DNA of 64,000 nt from IMG/VR virus record IMGVR_UViG_3300042892_001069, one strand, 5' to 3'. A program made the translations under genes and the position numbers. The notes below the pieces were generated by a model, which worked only from the letters and a program-made list of their open reading frames with translations, was not told the origin of the DNA and ran no database searches. The stretch comes from a virus (lineage: Duplodnaviria; Heunggongvirae; Uroviricota; Caudoviricetes). Below are positions 47,624 through 57,728 of this stretch, piece by piece. How positions within the stretch are numbered: the first letter of the stretch is position 1; every line of letters starts with the position of its first letter.

Positions 47624-48735
47624 AGTTTGCCTATAGTGAATGCTGGAGTTCTGCTTGATTTTAAAGAAGCACCCTCTCCATGATAGCTGTTGTTGATACC
47701 ATCTAACAATCCATTGTAATGATACTTCCATGCGTCAATAGTTCTTTCAAACTCTGGATTTTCATATAACCAAAAATCTCTATCAGTACGTGCAGCAGTA
47801 GTAGGCTTTCCAGCTTGAAACTTGTTTAAGTCCCATGTATCTTTGTAACAGATACGCTTGGTTAATTCGTTGTTATATTCTACTATAGTATTTCTATGAT
47901 GTGCTAAGGGTTCGCGCCACATATATTGTTGAGCTGACGGGTTTTCTTTATAGAACAAAAACATTTGATATGCCATTTCAAAAGGTAACTCTGGCATAGA
48001 TGGTGACCAGTAGAATGGTTCAAATGCGCCTACAGAGTTTGACGCAATATGAAATGTTATGTCAGTAAAATACATACCAACCATTCCATCACCCCAAGTA
48101 GCAACAAACGGTTTATCAAATCCATAAATGCTAGCAACTGTTTTACCCTTGTCAAGCATACTAGTTGCCACCTTTGGCTTATTTAAATTTCTAAGTAATG
48201 CTCCTGCCCCCCAAAATACAGATGTTTCTAAAAATCTATTGTCAGTGTAATAGTGCTCGGATATATTTTCAGACCAATCGCCTATCTCAATATGTATCTC
48301 TGGGTGAGCTGAGCTGAGCCATTTGAGAGTTGGCTCGACAACAAGGTCCCACTCACTGAGCAAATTTTTAGCTGTTATATCTTGAGTGTTTGGAACATAC
48401 ACTCCGTTACGTATTGTGTGCTTAGGCCAATTAACGTATATTTGATCTAATTTAATGCCATTGTTAATAAATGACATTAGAATAGTGTGACTATCTGCGC
48501 CGCCCGAATAAAATAATACTAGGTGATCGTAAGTATCTCTCAGTTGCTGAGCACGTTGCTTGTACAGCATGGACAACGATTGAGTACCCATAAGAGTTCT
48601 ATCAAAGCTAGCAAACACATGATTATGCCAGTTCCATTTTATATCAGGACATCCGTTAGTACTAGCATACAATACTGCCTCTCTCTTATTAGTAAAGGTG
48701 GTATCTCCAACGGTCCATGTGCCCCAACTACTCAT
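47620..48735 (-). CDS. PP-loop ATP-pyrophosphatase-family enzyme, paralog 3 (371 aa)
   Basis: LVLFYSGGADSHTILMSF; close paralog of 52946-54100. Confidence 0.65.
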   Translation of the reverse strand: MSSWGTWTVGDTTFTNKREAVLYASTNGCPDIKWNWHNHVFASFDRTLMGTQSLSMLYKQRAQQLRDTYDHLVLFYSGGADSHTILMSFINNGIKLDQIYVNWPKHTIRNGVYVPNTQDITAKNLLSEWDLVVEPTLKWLSSAHPEIHIEIGDWSENISEHYYTDNRFLETSVFWGAGALLRNLNKPKVATSMLDKGKTVASIYGFDKPFVATWGDGMVGMYFTDITFHIASNSVGAFEPFYWSPSMPELPFEMAYQMFLFYKENPSAQQYMWREPLAHHRNTIVEYNNELTKRICYKDTWDLNKFQAGKPTTAARTDRDFWLYENPEFERTIDAWKYHYNGLLDGINNSYHGEGASLKSSRTPAFTIGKL

Positions 48736-48737
48736 TG

Positions 48738-49043
48738 TTAGTTGATAGTTTCTGTAATTTCTGAAACAATTCCGTTAACTAAATTGTATTCTTGTCTCTC
48801 GGCCCAACCTAGCTTTGAAGTTCTTATTTCATGATAGTTGGCATAATTTTCTACAGTGTCAAATACAATAGTAAAAATACGTGTATTATTGTCAACTACT
48901 TCCATGGCATTGCTCACGCATCCCGGTAGTACTCGAATCTGTTCGTTAAATGTTTTAAGCATTTGGCTATTCTGTTCGCTAACTTCACCAAAAAATTGTG
49001 TGTTTGCTGGCTTAGTACTAGTGATTTTTAATGTAACTGGCAT
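48738..49043 (-). CDS. Hypothetical small protein (101 aa), possibly ABM/Dabb-like alpha+beta fold
   Basis: ORF track; size/composition only. Confidence 0.35.
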   Translation of the reverse strand: MPVTLKITSTKPANTQFFGEVSEQNSQMLKTFNEQIRVLPGCVSNAMEVVDNNTRIFTIVFDTVENYANYHEIRTSKLGWAERQEYNLVNGIVSEITETIN

Positions 49044-49074
49044 GTTACTGATCTCCTAAAAGTATATTTATCAG

Positions 49075-50517
49075 TCAGTAATTCATTGATCTGCTAAGAT
49101 AGGTTGTGACTAATTGTTCGTTAAGATTGTCTTTAATGATTCGTTGATTCATTTCGTAGTATGTGGTGTTTAATACATCTTTATAACTAAATCCAAAATT
49201 TCTAATAGCAGAGAGATTCCATACACTGGGTACTCGATGTTGCTCAGTACGTTGTTTAAACTTGTTACACCATGCTCCTGCTCTAGCTTCAGTCATAAAG
49301 TCAGTTTCCCATTTGCCGCCTACAAATCGATACCCGTGTTTTTCAGGCTCTCTTTCAAAATCACTCATTGCTAGAGTAGGTGACAAGTATAACTTGTTAT
49401 AGTGAAAGTCGTGTACTCTTGATTTAAAATACCATTCAGTTGAGTCGTCCCAATCTTTTTCAGTTTCCTGTCCGAGACCAGCTATCATAGAACATCTAAC
49501 TATAACATCATCGCCCCATAGCTCTCCAATTTGCGTAAGCGCAGGTTTATAGTTCTTAGCACCCCACCCCTTACCAATCATGTTACACGATATTGGATCA
49601 AAAGATTCTATGCCAAAGTGACAGCTGACTAAACCAGACTCTGGCAATGATTCAAACTGTTCTGGCCAAATGTTTATTAAATCTAATCTAGCATATCCAA
49701 TGTATTCTATTTTAAAAGGTAAGTCCTTGGTCATTTCAAAGAACTTCTGTGTACGTATACGATGTGCGTTTAACGTATCATCAGTAATATGATATCGTGT
49801 TGTTCCAAATAAATTGTAATTTGATATCAGAGATTCTCTAATACACTCCATCGATTTGTTAAAGTCATCCTTATCCTTGCCAATATTAGGGTATTGACAA
49901 AACTTGCATTTAAAAATACACCCCCTGCTTAACTCTAATGGGAGAGATTCGCCTGGCAGTATAAAATCATTCTCGGCAAACTTCATAGTACAAGTTTGTA
50001 TATCAAATGTGTTCACAGAGCTGGGATGAAATACTCTATTACCGGAACCAATTTGAAATACTGGTGCTACTTCGTTTTTAAATACATGATTACAATACTC
50101 TAAAAAAGAATTTTCAGATTCATCTTTAAAAACTGCGTCAACTTTAAAAGCAAGCCGTTTATGGCCATACCATAAAAATCCTCTAACAAACTGGCCTCCT
50201 ATTACAATTTTAACCCACGGAAAATTGTCTTTGATTTCGTTAAGTATATCAAAGACAGGGCCTTCGCCCTCAGTAATAATTTGTGGACTGTCTAACATTA
50301 CAAAGGGAGAAAATCCAACAATCTTTGTTTCTGTGGTTATATACTTTTTAAATAAAGCAAGACGTTGCTCACTAGTCATAAAATATAAAAAGTCTAACAC
50401 TTGGGTACTGTAACCGTTAGTCCGTAGCCACCAAGCAATTTGATAAGGCCCTAAGTATCGAACCTGGCGTAACGGATTAGTATCAGTTGTTAATATTACT
50501 ACTTGCATTGCTGACAA
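49075..50517 (-). CDS. B12-binding-type radical SAM enzyme, paralog of 46178-47623 (480 aa)
   Basis: ELSRGCIFKCKFCQY; colinear with paralog. Confidence 0.65.
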   Translation of the reverse strand: MSAMQVVILTTDTNPLRQVRYLGPYQIAWWLRTNGYSTQVLDFLYFMTSEQRLALFKKYITTETKIVGFSPFVMLDSPQIITEGEGPVFDILNEIKDNFPWVKIVIGGQFVRGFLWYGHKRLAFKVDAVFKDESENSFLEYCNHVFKNEVAPVFQIGSGNRVFHPSSVNTFDIQTCTMKFAENDFILPGESLPLELSRGCIFKCKFCQYPNIGKDKDDFNKSMECIRESLISNYNLFGTTRYHITDDTLNAHRIRTQKFFEMTKDLPFKIEYIGYARLDLINIWPEQFESLPESGLVSCHFGIESFDPISCNMIGKGWGAKNYKPALTQIGELWGDDVIVRCSMIAGLGQETEKDWDDSTEWYFKSRVHDFHYNKLYLSPTLAMSDFEREPEKHGYRFVGGKWETDFMTEARAGAWCNKFKQRTEQHRVPSVWNLSAIRNFGFSYKDVLNTTYYEMNQRIIKDNLNEQLVTTYLSRSMNY

Positions 50518-51112
50518 GATTCTTTTCTCTTAGTTTATCAATAGTTGAATAATAATGGTCGTATGTTATAGGACCTTTAGTTTTTAACGGGCTCAATTCA
50601 TAATAACCCATTGATAGTACGTACCTAGTAACAGATCCGTAATTAATGCTGTTGTGTGGTATTTGTGTGTTTAACAAATAAAATTGATTAGTCTCGTAAT
50701 TAAGATTAGTATAAGGAAAATAGATGTAGTCTCTAGGCATAAACGAATCCTTTTTATGTTCGTGGGCAAACATAACTAAGTACCGGTCATCTTGTGTTAG
50801 CATTAAATTAAATGCAGTAGCACGGTACGCATCTCTATGCCAATTATAAATGTGTCCCGGTTCTATTAACAGTATTTTTGGGAGTAAATTAAATTCATGT
50901 ATAAGCTCTAAAATCGGTTCATCCTTAAAATATTCCAACGGAACTTTATGTTGTCTAAACGTGGCTATTACTTCTACATCGTCAGCAATTCTTCCATCTT
51001 TACCTTCTCGTTTAGATACATCGACATGCCCATAATCAAAAGTTTTACAATCTTCAAATAATTTATTTGTTGGCAACAGTCCTATATTTAATTTTGTAAA
51101 ACATTCATTCAT
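50483..51112 (-). CDS. Possible cupin/2OG-oxygenase-like protein (209 aa)
   Basis: NWHRD...(H)EH...PH candidate HxD...H; weak. Confidence 0.35.
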   Translation of the reverse strand: MNECFTKLNIGLLPTNKLFEDCKTFDYGHVDVSKREGKDGRIADDVEVIATFRQHKVPLEYFKDEPILELIHEFNLLPKILLIEPGHIYNWHRDAYRATAFNLMLTQDDRYLVMFAHEHKKDSFMPRDYIYFPYTNLNYETNQFYLLNTQIPHNSINYGSVTRYVLSMGYYELSPLKTKGPITYDHYYSTIDKLREKNLVSNASSNINN

Positions 51113-51113
51113 G

Positions 51114-52046
51114 CTACTTCTCCATTTTTGCTAGTCTTGCTTTACTAGCAGTAATTGTGTCCAATACCCCCTTAGTACCAAACGTTGCACTGATTGTAAA
51201 GTCTTTTGCAAACTCTTGCTGAACTTGTTTGTTACTGATATATTCTTTTAAGAACCCCGACCAGAATTTAGTTACTTCAGCACTAGCGCCAGTCGGTGTT
51301 ACGACTGCAAATCCGTCAAACTCCTTCCAACCTGTATATCTATCTTCTACCACAGGGATTGACATGTAGCCTTCTACTTTTGATTTTGAAGTTGCAACAA
51401 GTCGTAACTTGCCCGCATCAATATGGGCCTTGACAATATTCAACGGTACGTATGCTGCATCAATTGTTCCTGCCAGCAAGTCATTGATTACTGGGCCGCC
51501 GCCTTTATATGGAACTGCCAAAGGTTCCTTGCTTGGTTTAGCAAATTCAAAAAATTGATCCAGTACCATTCGTTGACCCGGAGCACCATATCCAAATTTA
51601 ACATCGTCTCCACGTCTAACTGCGTTTTCCAAATCTTCAAGAGTTTTAATTGAACTTTTTGGATTGACTACAAATGCGCCAATACTATCTCGAATACCAG
51701 TAACAATCGTACAACATTTTTCAGAGTCTTTTAATTCTTGATATGCTAATACTCCAGCAGTTGTTACTGAGATATGAAATCCGTCTGTTGGCATAGATGC
51801 TAATGCTCGCATGGCAATTAAGCCGTCGGCACCTGGCCGATATTCAGCTACTAATTTAATTCCTCTGTCAAGCGCATATTTTTGTAAATGTCTAAATGAT
51901 TGATCAACTCCACCACCCGGAGCAAAAGGAATGATTACAGTTATTGGTTTGGCTGTTGGTTCAAATCCAAAAACGTACGGACTGATTACTGTTAGTAATG
52001 AGCTAAGTGTTATTGCGGCAATTGATTTTTTAGTTTTAAGTCTCAT
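51114..52046 (-). CDS. Bug/TctC-family periplasmic substrate-binding protein (start MRLKTKK at 52046; ORF track extends to 52097)
   Basis: Signal peptide; family motifs IIPFAPGGGVD and EYRPGADG. Confidence 0.6.
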   Translation of the reverse strand: MRLKTKKSIAAITLSSLLTVISPYVFGFEPTAKPITVIIPFAPGGGVDQSFRHLQKYALDRGIKLVAEYRPGADGLIAMRALASMPTDGFHISVTTAGVLAYQELKDSEKCCTIVTGIRDSIGAFVVNPKSSIKTLEDLENAVRRGDDVKFGYGAPGQRMVLDQFFEFAKPSKEPLAVPYKGGGPVINDLLAGTIDAAYVPLNIVKAHIDAGKLRLVATSKSKVEGYMSIPVVEDRYTGWKEFDGFAVVTPTGASAEVTKFWSGFLKEYISNKQVQQEFAKDFTISATFGTKGVLDTITASKARLAKMEK

Positions 52047-52106
52047 ACTGTATTTTATCACTTTTTGATAATATTTCCTACGATTGTGGCAGGCCATAAA
52101 TAACAG

Positions 52107-52949
52107 ATGAATTCATTAGGATCCAAATACCCAATTATAGCTGCCGCAATGAATCAAGTATCGGATATTCAGTTGTCCAAAGCAGTCAGGCATGCTGGTG
52201 GGATTCCTAGCTTGTCTATTTATAATTACAAAAATAACTTTCAAGGCTTAGTAAACGACCTTATAGATTATAAGAAAGAGTTCAACGACCTTAAACTCTT
52301 TTTAAGTGTTGGCGATGCTGAGTTAAAAATTCCAGCAGTACTTGATTTAATTTTAAAATCTAAAATTGAATTTATAGAATTAATAATTGAAAGTACTAAT
52401 ACGCTAGTTGGACTACAATCTATTACAGATAACGGAACAAAAGTATTTGTAAAATGTTTAACCATTGATGGAGTTATCCCCGGAGTCACTGGAGTTATAC
52501 TTAAAGGTAACGCTGGCGCCGGGCGAGGTGCTGAAGATTTAGATAACTTATTTCACCAAATTAAAACGCACTACCCAGATCTAAAAATAATTGTATCTGG
52601 CGGTATTGGTACTTCTACCCAAGTAAAGCATTATATAGACAACGGCGCATTAGCAATATCAATAGGAACATTGTTTGCTGTAGCAGAAGAAAGTAAAATT
52701 TCTCTAGAAACAAAACTTAAGATAATTAATTCTACAAGCACTGATATTTCTCAGTTTAATATTGGCGCAACTCAAAACGCATTAGTTTTTAGTAGTGTAG
52801 ATAATGACGATTATAATCACACTACGGGGTTGCACATTGGTATACAGAGTCCAACAGCTGGACATGTATTTGTTGGCACTGCCGTAGACTATATAACTAG
52901 CAGTAGGCCAGTAGCCGATATTATTAACGATCTAGTAGCAAAATTATGA
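52107..52949 (+). CDS. Nitronate monooxygenase / NPD-family FMN TIM-barrel oxidoreductase (280 aa)
   Basis: YPIIAAAMNQVS...AVRHAGGIPSL resembles PIIQAPMAGVS...AVSNAGGLG; C-terminal GALAISIGTLF. Confidence 0.55.
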   Translation: MNSLGSKYPIIAAAMNQVSDIQLSKAVRHAGGIPSLSIYNYKNNFQGLVNDLIDYKKEFNDLKLFLSVGDAELKIPAVLDLILKSKIEFIELIIESTNTLVGLQSITDNGTKVFVKCLTIDGVIPGVTGVILKGNAGAGRGAEDLDNLFHQIKTHYPDLKIIVSGGIGTSTQVKHYIDNGALAISIGTLFAVAEESKISLETKLKIINSTSTDISQFNIGATQNALVFSSVDNDDYNHTTGLHIGIQSPTAGHVFVGTAVDYITSSRPVADIINDLVAKL

Positions 52950-54100
52950 TATTAAACTCAACTAGTGTTTATACAGTCGATGGTATAAATTTTGAATCTA
53001 AAATTCAGGCTTGCCTATTTGCCAGCCAAGTAAACAAACCAGTAACTTGGAACTTCAACAAAGAATTTTTTAATACCTACAACTGGTCCGTTGAGCCTGA
53101 TCAATCGTTGGATGAGTTGTACAATGCGCGGGCAAGGCGACTTAGAGAAAACTACGATTACTTAGTATTGAGTTATAGTGGAGGTGCTGATAGTCATAAC
53201 ATTTTGATGAGCTTTGTTCGACAAGGATTGAAAATTGACGAGTTGTTGATTAATCACATGTCTGATGCGTGGAAGAGTCATGTAGTGTTAGACGCAACCC
53301 AAACAGCCAGCTGGAATACCGGCGCCGAACACGATCTTCATACAATGCCCTTATTAAAAAATATTCAGCATTTAATTCCTAACACCAAGATAACTGTATT
53401 AGATTTAAGTCAAAATTTGTTTGACACATTTATTAAAGCAGGCGATGCTAGTTGGGTACTAGAAAGAAATGAGGGACTGAATCCATTAAACGTTACAAGA
53501 TTTAATTACGCATATTTTTCTGATATTAGAAAACAGTTTGATAAGAATCATAAGATTGCTATGATAGTAGGAATTGATAAACCTAGGCTTATTATTAGCA
53601 ACAACATTGCCTACTTGTTGTTTAATGACAGAACTGTTAATATTGTTCCTGTAAAGAATCACTTTGAAGAATATACAAACTCGTCGTTAGAATTTTTCTA
53701 CTGGAGTCCGGACGCGGTTGATATTATGTGTAAACAGGCTCATGTTATTAAAAGATTTGTTGAAACAAATATTCAGCACAGATCGTTGTTTGAATGGAAT
53801 AATAATTACACTTCTAACTTTAGACTATTCCAGGAAAAAATGTTAAGACAAATACTGTATACTACCTGGAATAAAAGTTGGTTCCAAACTGATAAAGCAG
53901 TAAGTGATTGGGACAGCGAATTTGACACGTGGTTTGCTAAAGGCTACGAGGGACATAAAGCACACACTATATGGAAGGAAGGGTTGACCCACATGATTAA
54001 GAATGCCCCAACCTTCTTAAAATATAAAGCTGACGGAACTCCTGACGGACTAAAAGGATACCTACAGCATTATAAAATTGGACCAATAGTTACTATGTAA
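52946..54100 (+). CDS. PP-loop ATP-pyrophosphatase-family enzyme, paralog 4 (384 aa)
   Basis: LVLSYSGGADSHNILMSF. Confidence 0.65.
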   Translation: MILNSTSVYTVDGINFESKIQACLFASQVNKPVTWNFNKEFFNTYNWSVEPDQSLDELYNARARRLRENYDYLVLSYSGGADSHNILMSFVRQGLKIDELLINHMSDAWKSHVVLDATQTASWNTGAEHDLHTMPLLKNIQHLIPNTKITVLDLSQNLFDTFIKAGDASWVLERNEGLNPLNVTRFNYAYFSDIRKQFDKNHKIAMIVGIDKPRLIISNNIAYLLFNDRTVNIVPVKNHFEEYTNSSLEFFYWSPDAVDIMCKQAHVIKRFVETNIQHRSLFEWNNNYTSNFRLFQEKMLRQILYTTWNKSWFQTDKAVSDWDSEFDTWFAKGYEGHKAHTIWKEGLTHMIKNAPTFLKYKADGTPDGLKGYLQHYKIGPIVTM

Positions 54101-54527
54101 CAGCCTTGCCCCAAGATACTCTATTCCATACACGTTCGTGTGTGTAGTATATAATAATATTCATAATAGTAGCAATGGTTAGAAAGGCCACTGCCGCCTT
54201 CCATGATCCAGTAGTAAGGTATGGGATCATAAAGTTATTAAATGTAATCAATGCTCGCCAAGTAATACTCTTACTAATAGTTCTAGGTTGACCGTCCACA
54301 AACATATTAGTATCACCGTCTTTACGATTCCACTGAGCATAATTCCATGCTCGCTCGTGTAGCCAATGTAAGGTCATATTAACTACCGCGGCAATGCCAA
54401 GGATTTGGGCGCCAATGATCCAGCTACCAGACACTATAAATCCGTTCAGCAAGTGACTTAACGAAAAACAAACTCTGATAGTTAATGTTTTGGCAATGCT
54501 TCTTTTGTGTTGTTCTGTATATTTCAT
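54093..54527 (-). CDS. Small membrane protein with internal duplication (HERAWNYAQWNR / HERVWNRVSWGK)
   Basis: Two repeated TM+motif halves; DUF2061-like. Confidence 0.45.
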   Translation of the reverse strand: MKYTEQHKRSIAKTLTIRVCFSLSHLLNGFIVSGSWIIGAQILGIAAVVNMTLHWLHERAWNYAQWNRKDGDTNMFVDGQPRTISKSITWRALITFNNFMIPYLTTGSWKAAVAFLTIATIMNIIIYYTHERVWNRVSWGKAVT

Positions 54528-54571
54528 CAGCTATTTATTTTAGCAGCCTTACGGTATAAAATAAATATCTC

Positions 54572-55408
54572 ATGTTTAATAATCCATCTAAAGTGTTAGC
54601 CCATTTGTCGGCTGTAGCAACTGGTAATTTTGTAACTGCTGAATATATCCTTAACGGTGATAACAGTGGAGTTAATCTATTCCACAGATTTTGCCCACAC
54701 AGAATGTATCCGCTAGCACAACCGGGTCAGCACACTGGAGAAATAGTATGTAAGTTCCACGGCTTTAAGTGGACTGACCGTGGCCAACCTATTAACAACG
54801 AACGTAAAATTACGTGTGGTAAAGCAACAGTTGGAAGATCTGGATTAGTGTTTAAAGACTTTATCGAACCAGAGCATAAGTGGGTAGATATTCTAGCTAG
54901 TGAAGATAGATTAGTTTACAGTCATTCTATGACCGGTGCTAGTAAAACAGGTAGCTGGTTATGGATGATGGATATACAAGCAGACTTACTACACATCTGG
55001 AATGATGGAATACATCCATCGCTGGCCGCCAGTACTAATCTAGACGATGTTATTATGGATCAAGGTAACGGCTGGGCGTTACAGTACTGCTCAACAGGTT
55101 TTTGGTTAGTGTTATATCCTTTTACATTTATTGAGTGGAGCCCAGGCTGTCTAGCTATAAATGTTGCTACTCCTAACGACAATAACACCGAATTTGGATT
55201 TACTTGGATTACGCAGTTCTATTACGATCCTAGCACTTCTCCTGAGAAGCGAGCAGACTTTGAAACTTTAGAAGATGTATTCAAAGAAGATGTTGAAGCA
55301 GTTGAAACTCAGCGAGGCGGCTACTATCCGTTAATGCAACCTATTAACAGACTAGAAGACCATTGTGTACATTTTGGTAAATGGGTCACTGAGAATAGAT
55401 CAGTTTAA
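54572..55408 (+). CDS. Rieske [2Fe-2S] domain oxygenase-like protein (278 aa)
   Basis: CPH-x16-CKFH = CxH...CxxH Rieske ligand motif. Confidence 0.6.
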   Translation: MFNNPSKVLAHLSAVATGNFVTAEYILNGDNSGVNLFHRFCPHRMYPLAQPGQHTGEIVCKFHGFKWTDRGQPINNERKITCGKATVGRSGLVFKDFIEPEHKWVDILASEDRLVYSHSMTGASKTGSWLWMMDIQADLLHIWNDGIHPSLAASTNLDDVIMDQGNGWALQYCSTGFWLVLYPFTFIEWSPGCLAINVATPNDNNTEFGFTWITQFYYDPSTSPEKRADFETLEDVFKEDVEAVETQRGGYYPLMQPINRLEDHCVHFGKWVTENRSV

Positions 55409-56375
55409 GCAAATCAGCTTCTGAATACGTTTGCTTTTTAGGCGGTATAAAAGGTTTCCATATATACTGCTCGCCAAACTCTACCATGAACGGTGGAAAC
55501 AATTTTTCTTTATTAGGAACTTGACCTTCAAACCCAACAAGCTTCATTCGGTTTAAAAGTGTTGGCCAGTATTCTTGATGAATCCTAGATTTACTACTCA
55601 CATTGTCTAACTTACCTATTATGCTATCATTAATTAGTTGCTGGACATATGGCAGTTGTGTATACGCTACTACAATTTCCGGAGAGTATTCGTACCAATC
55701 AGTGATAGCAGTACGTCCAATAGTCTTATGATACGTTGCCCAATGATGTGGGGCTTCGTCCAGCTCAAATACCCAAGGGTGCTCAGTAGCCATATCTCTG
55801 CTAGTTCTTCTATAGTAAGGTTCGCCGCTGCCAATTATCGGAAGACCGTCTACATACTCTGTCATTTTCATGTGCGGCAACCATCCTGGCCCAGTAGCAT
55901 AAGACTTAGTCCAGATGTCGTATGCTTCGTTTTCAAAAAACTTTTCTAAATTAAAATCAATCACACACGGAGTAACATTAAGCTCTTGGCAAATCTTAAT
56001 AGCGGAGTTGTAATCGTGTACGTTGTGATTGTTGCTGTACTTACAGATATATACCTTAATTGGAATTTTTAGATCTAAATAAATTCTTAATATTACTTCG
56101 CTATCTATGCCGCCTGAAAACAGCAAACTCAATTCGCCGTTAAATGTATCTCTGATTGCACATGCGTTTGCCTTTAATTCTTCATAGTAACTTTTTACAG
56201 GACGTGTGATTACATTTTTAATTGTACACTTAAATTCTGCCGTTGGATCTAACTTAGGGCCATACTCAGAGCCGTCATTGTAAGTCCACGATAACCAATT
56301 ATCTCGATAAAACATATTGCCCCATTTGATGTGACCAGCGATGTGCACCTTGAAAAGTAATACCGTGTACAGCAA
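55386..56375 (-). CDS. PP-loop ATP-pyrophosphatase-family enzyme, paralog 5 (329 aa; possible start at 56315)
   Basis: LSLLFSGGIDSEVILRIY. Confidence 0.65.
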   Translation of the reverse strand: MLYTVLLFKVHIAGHIKWGNMFYRDNWLSWTYNDGSEYGPKLDPTAEFKCTIKNVITRPVKSYYEELKANACAIRDTFNGELSLLFSGGIDSEVILRIYLDLKIPIKVYICKYSNNHNVHDYNSAIKICQELNVTPCVIDFNLEKFFENEAYDIWTKSYATGPGWLPHMKMTEYVDGLPIIGSGEPYYRRTSRDMATEHPWVFELDEAPHHWATYHKTIGRTAITDWYEYSPEIVVAYTQLPYVQQLINDSIIGKLDNVSSKSRIHQEYWPTLLNRMKLVGFEGQVPNKEKLFPPFMVEFGEQYIWKPFIPPKKQTYSEADLLKLIYSQ

Positions 56376-56880
56376 CCCATTGCTTACAACTTTCCGGAAC
56401 AGGATCTAACGATCCGCATACATTATATTTGTCCTCAGCCATATAAAATTTAACTCCACAATTAGTTTCAATTAGATCTAAGTAATGTTTAAACGCTAAG
56501 GGATTATGTTCTCTGCTGATAAACACACAGTCTAAACCTAGTATCTGTGCTTTGGCCATTTGTAAGGGCAAACAATAGGTTGTATTGAGAAACTTGTCCC
56601 CACCGGTAAATTTACCTTTGTGTCTGTAGTCAGGATGTATCCACATACGAGTACTTACCCGCCCGACACCCGTACCCCACTTAGTGTCACTCAATTGTAA
56701 AGCACTAAAACAGACAATTTGATCGTCAATTATCACTACTGGAAAGCAGGCAAAGTCACGTGGGTCTAACCCTATGTAATTATCTTTAAGGCTATCATTA
56801 GTAGTTGCTAGATATTTTTGGTACTGATCCCAGAGTTCCTGATCAAAATTTGTAGCAAAGTCAATTATTGTTCTTACCAT
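56299..56880 (-). CDS. Hypothetical protein (193 aa), possibly acyltransferase-like
   Basis: ORF track; weak resemblance only. Confidence 0.35.
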   Translation of the reverse strand: MVRTIIDFATNFDQELWDQYQKYLATTNDSLKDNYIGLDPRDFACFPVVIIDDQIVCFSALQLSDTKWGTGVGRVSTRMWIHPDYRHKGKFTGGDKFLNTTYCLPLQMAKAQILGLDCVFISREHNPLAFKHYLDLIETNCGVKFYMAEDKYNVCGSLDPVPESCKQWVAVHGITFQGAHRWSHQMGQYVLSR

Positions 56881-56903
56881 ACGATATTTACTTAAATACT
56901 ACC

Positions 56904-57728
56904 ATGCCTAAAATAAATTCATTTCTCTATTATATTCTCTATCCTGTACACGCACTAGCATGGATTGGCGTTATTGCTTATTCATTTTTCTTTGACTTTA
57001 CGTGGACAAACTTCTTTCAATTGTTAGTTGGATGGATTATAATTGAGGGGTTGGGGGTTGCTGTAGTCTTACACAGATATGTAAGCCATAAGGCGTTTGA
57101 GGCTCGCCCTGGATTAAAGCCAATCTTACTTTGGATTAGTTGCTTGTCCTTGCAAGGGAGTCCACTAGGTTGGGCCGCAGTACACAGAGGTAGTCATCAT
57201 AGATACACGGATACAGAAAAAGACGCACATACTCCTACTAAGGGATGGTGGTATTCTTGGCATGCTTGGCTATATGATTGGGATCAATACTTTAACCCTA
57301 AGTACGTAATTGATCTAGTTAGGGATCCTATATACATGTGGTTTGCTAAACATTACAATGCTGTTATTATCGGAACCTACATAGTTGTAGGACTGTTTAG
57401 TTGGCAGTTGTTACTATTTGGATTTATGATACCGGCTGCTATAAGTTTGTATATGGAAAGTAATATTAATGTATTCTGTCACACCCCCGGAATTGGTTAC
57501 AGAAATTTTGAAACTAAAGATGCTAGTCAAAACGTGCCGTTTCTAGCATTGATTACTTGGGGACAAGGCTGGCACAATAACCATCACGCAAAAGCAAGTT
57601 CATATGACTTTGGTACAACAGTAAGTGGCAACAAAAAAGAGTGGGATCCTAGTTTAATATTCCTTCCGTTAATTGCTACAAAAGAAAGTCGTGAGAAAAT
57701 TTACAATGACCGACTTCACCCACAATAA
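56904..57728 (+). CDS. Membrane fatty-acid desaturase, acyl-CoA/acyl-lipid delta-9 (SCD/DesC)-like (ATG at 56904; ORF track used TTG at 56868)
   Basis: Three His boxes: HRYVSH, HRGSHHRYTD...D.H.P, GQGWHNNHH (cf. SCD HRLWSH / HRAHH / GEGFHNYHH); 4 TM segments. Confidence 0.75.
   Translation: MPKINSFLYYILYPVHALAWIGVIAYSFFFDFTWTNFFQLLVGWIIIEGLGVAVVLHRYVSHKAFEARPGLKPILLWISCLSLQGSPLGWAAVHRGSHHRYTDTEKDAHTPTKGWWYSWHAWLYDWDQYFNPKYVIDLVRDPIYMWFAKHYNAVIIGTYIVVGLFSWQLLLFGFMIPAAISLYMESNINVFCHTPGIGYRNFETKDASQNVPFLALITWGQGWHNNHHAKASSYDFGTTVSGNKKEWDPSLIFLPLIATKESREKIYNDRLHPQ

Noticed and set aside
56868-56903. Divergent overlapping starts of 56299-56880(-) and 56868-57728(+) as reported by ORF track
   Set aside because: Plus ORF begins with TTG in the track; the in-frame ATG at 56904 (MPKINSF...) removes the overlap. 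Several other track ORFs are similarly over-extended (33536, 35922, 37041, 52097, 13822)
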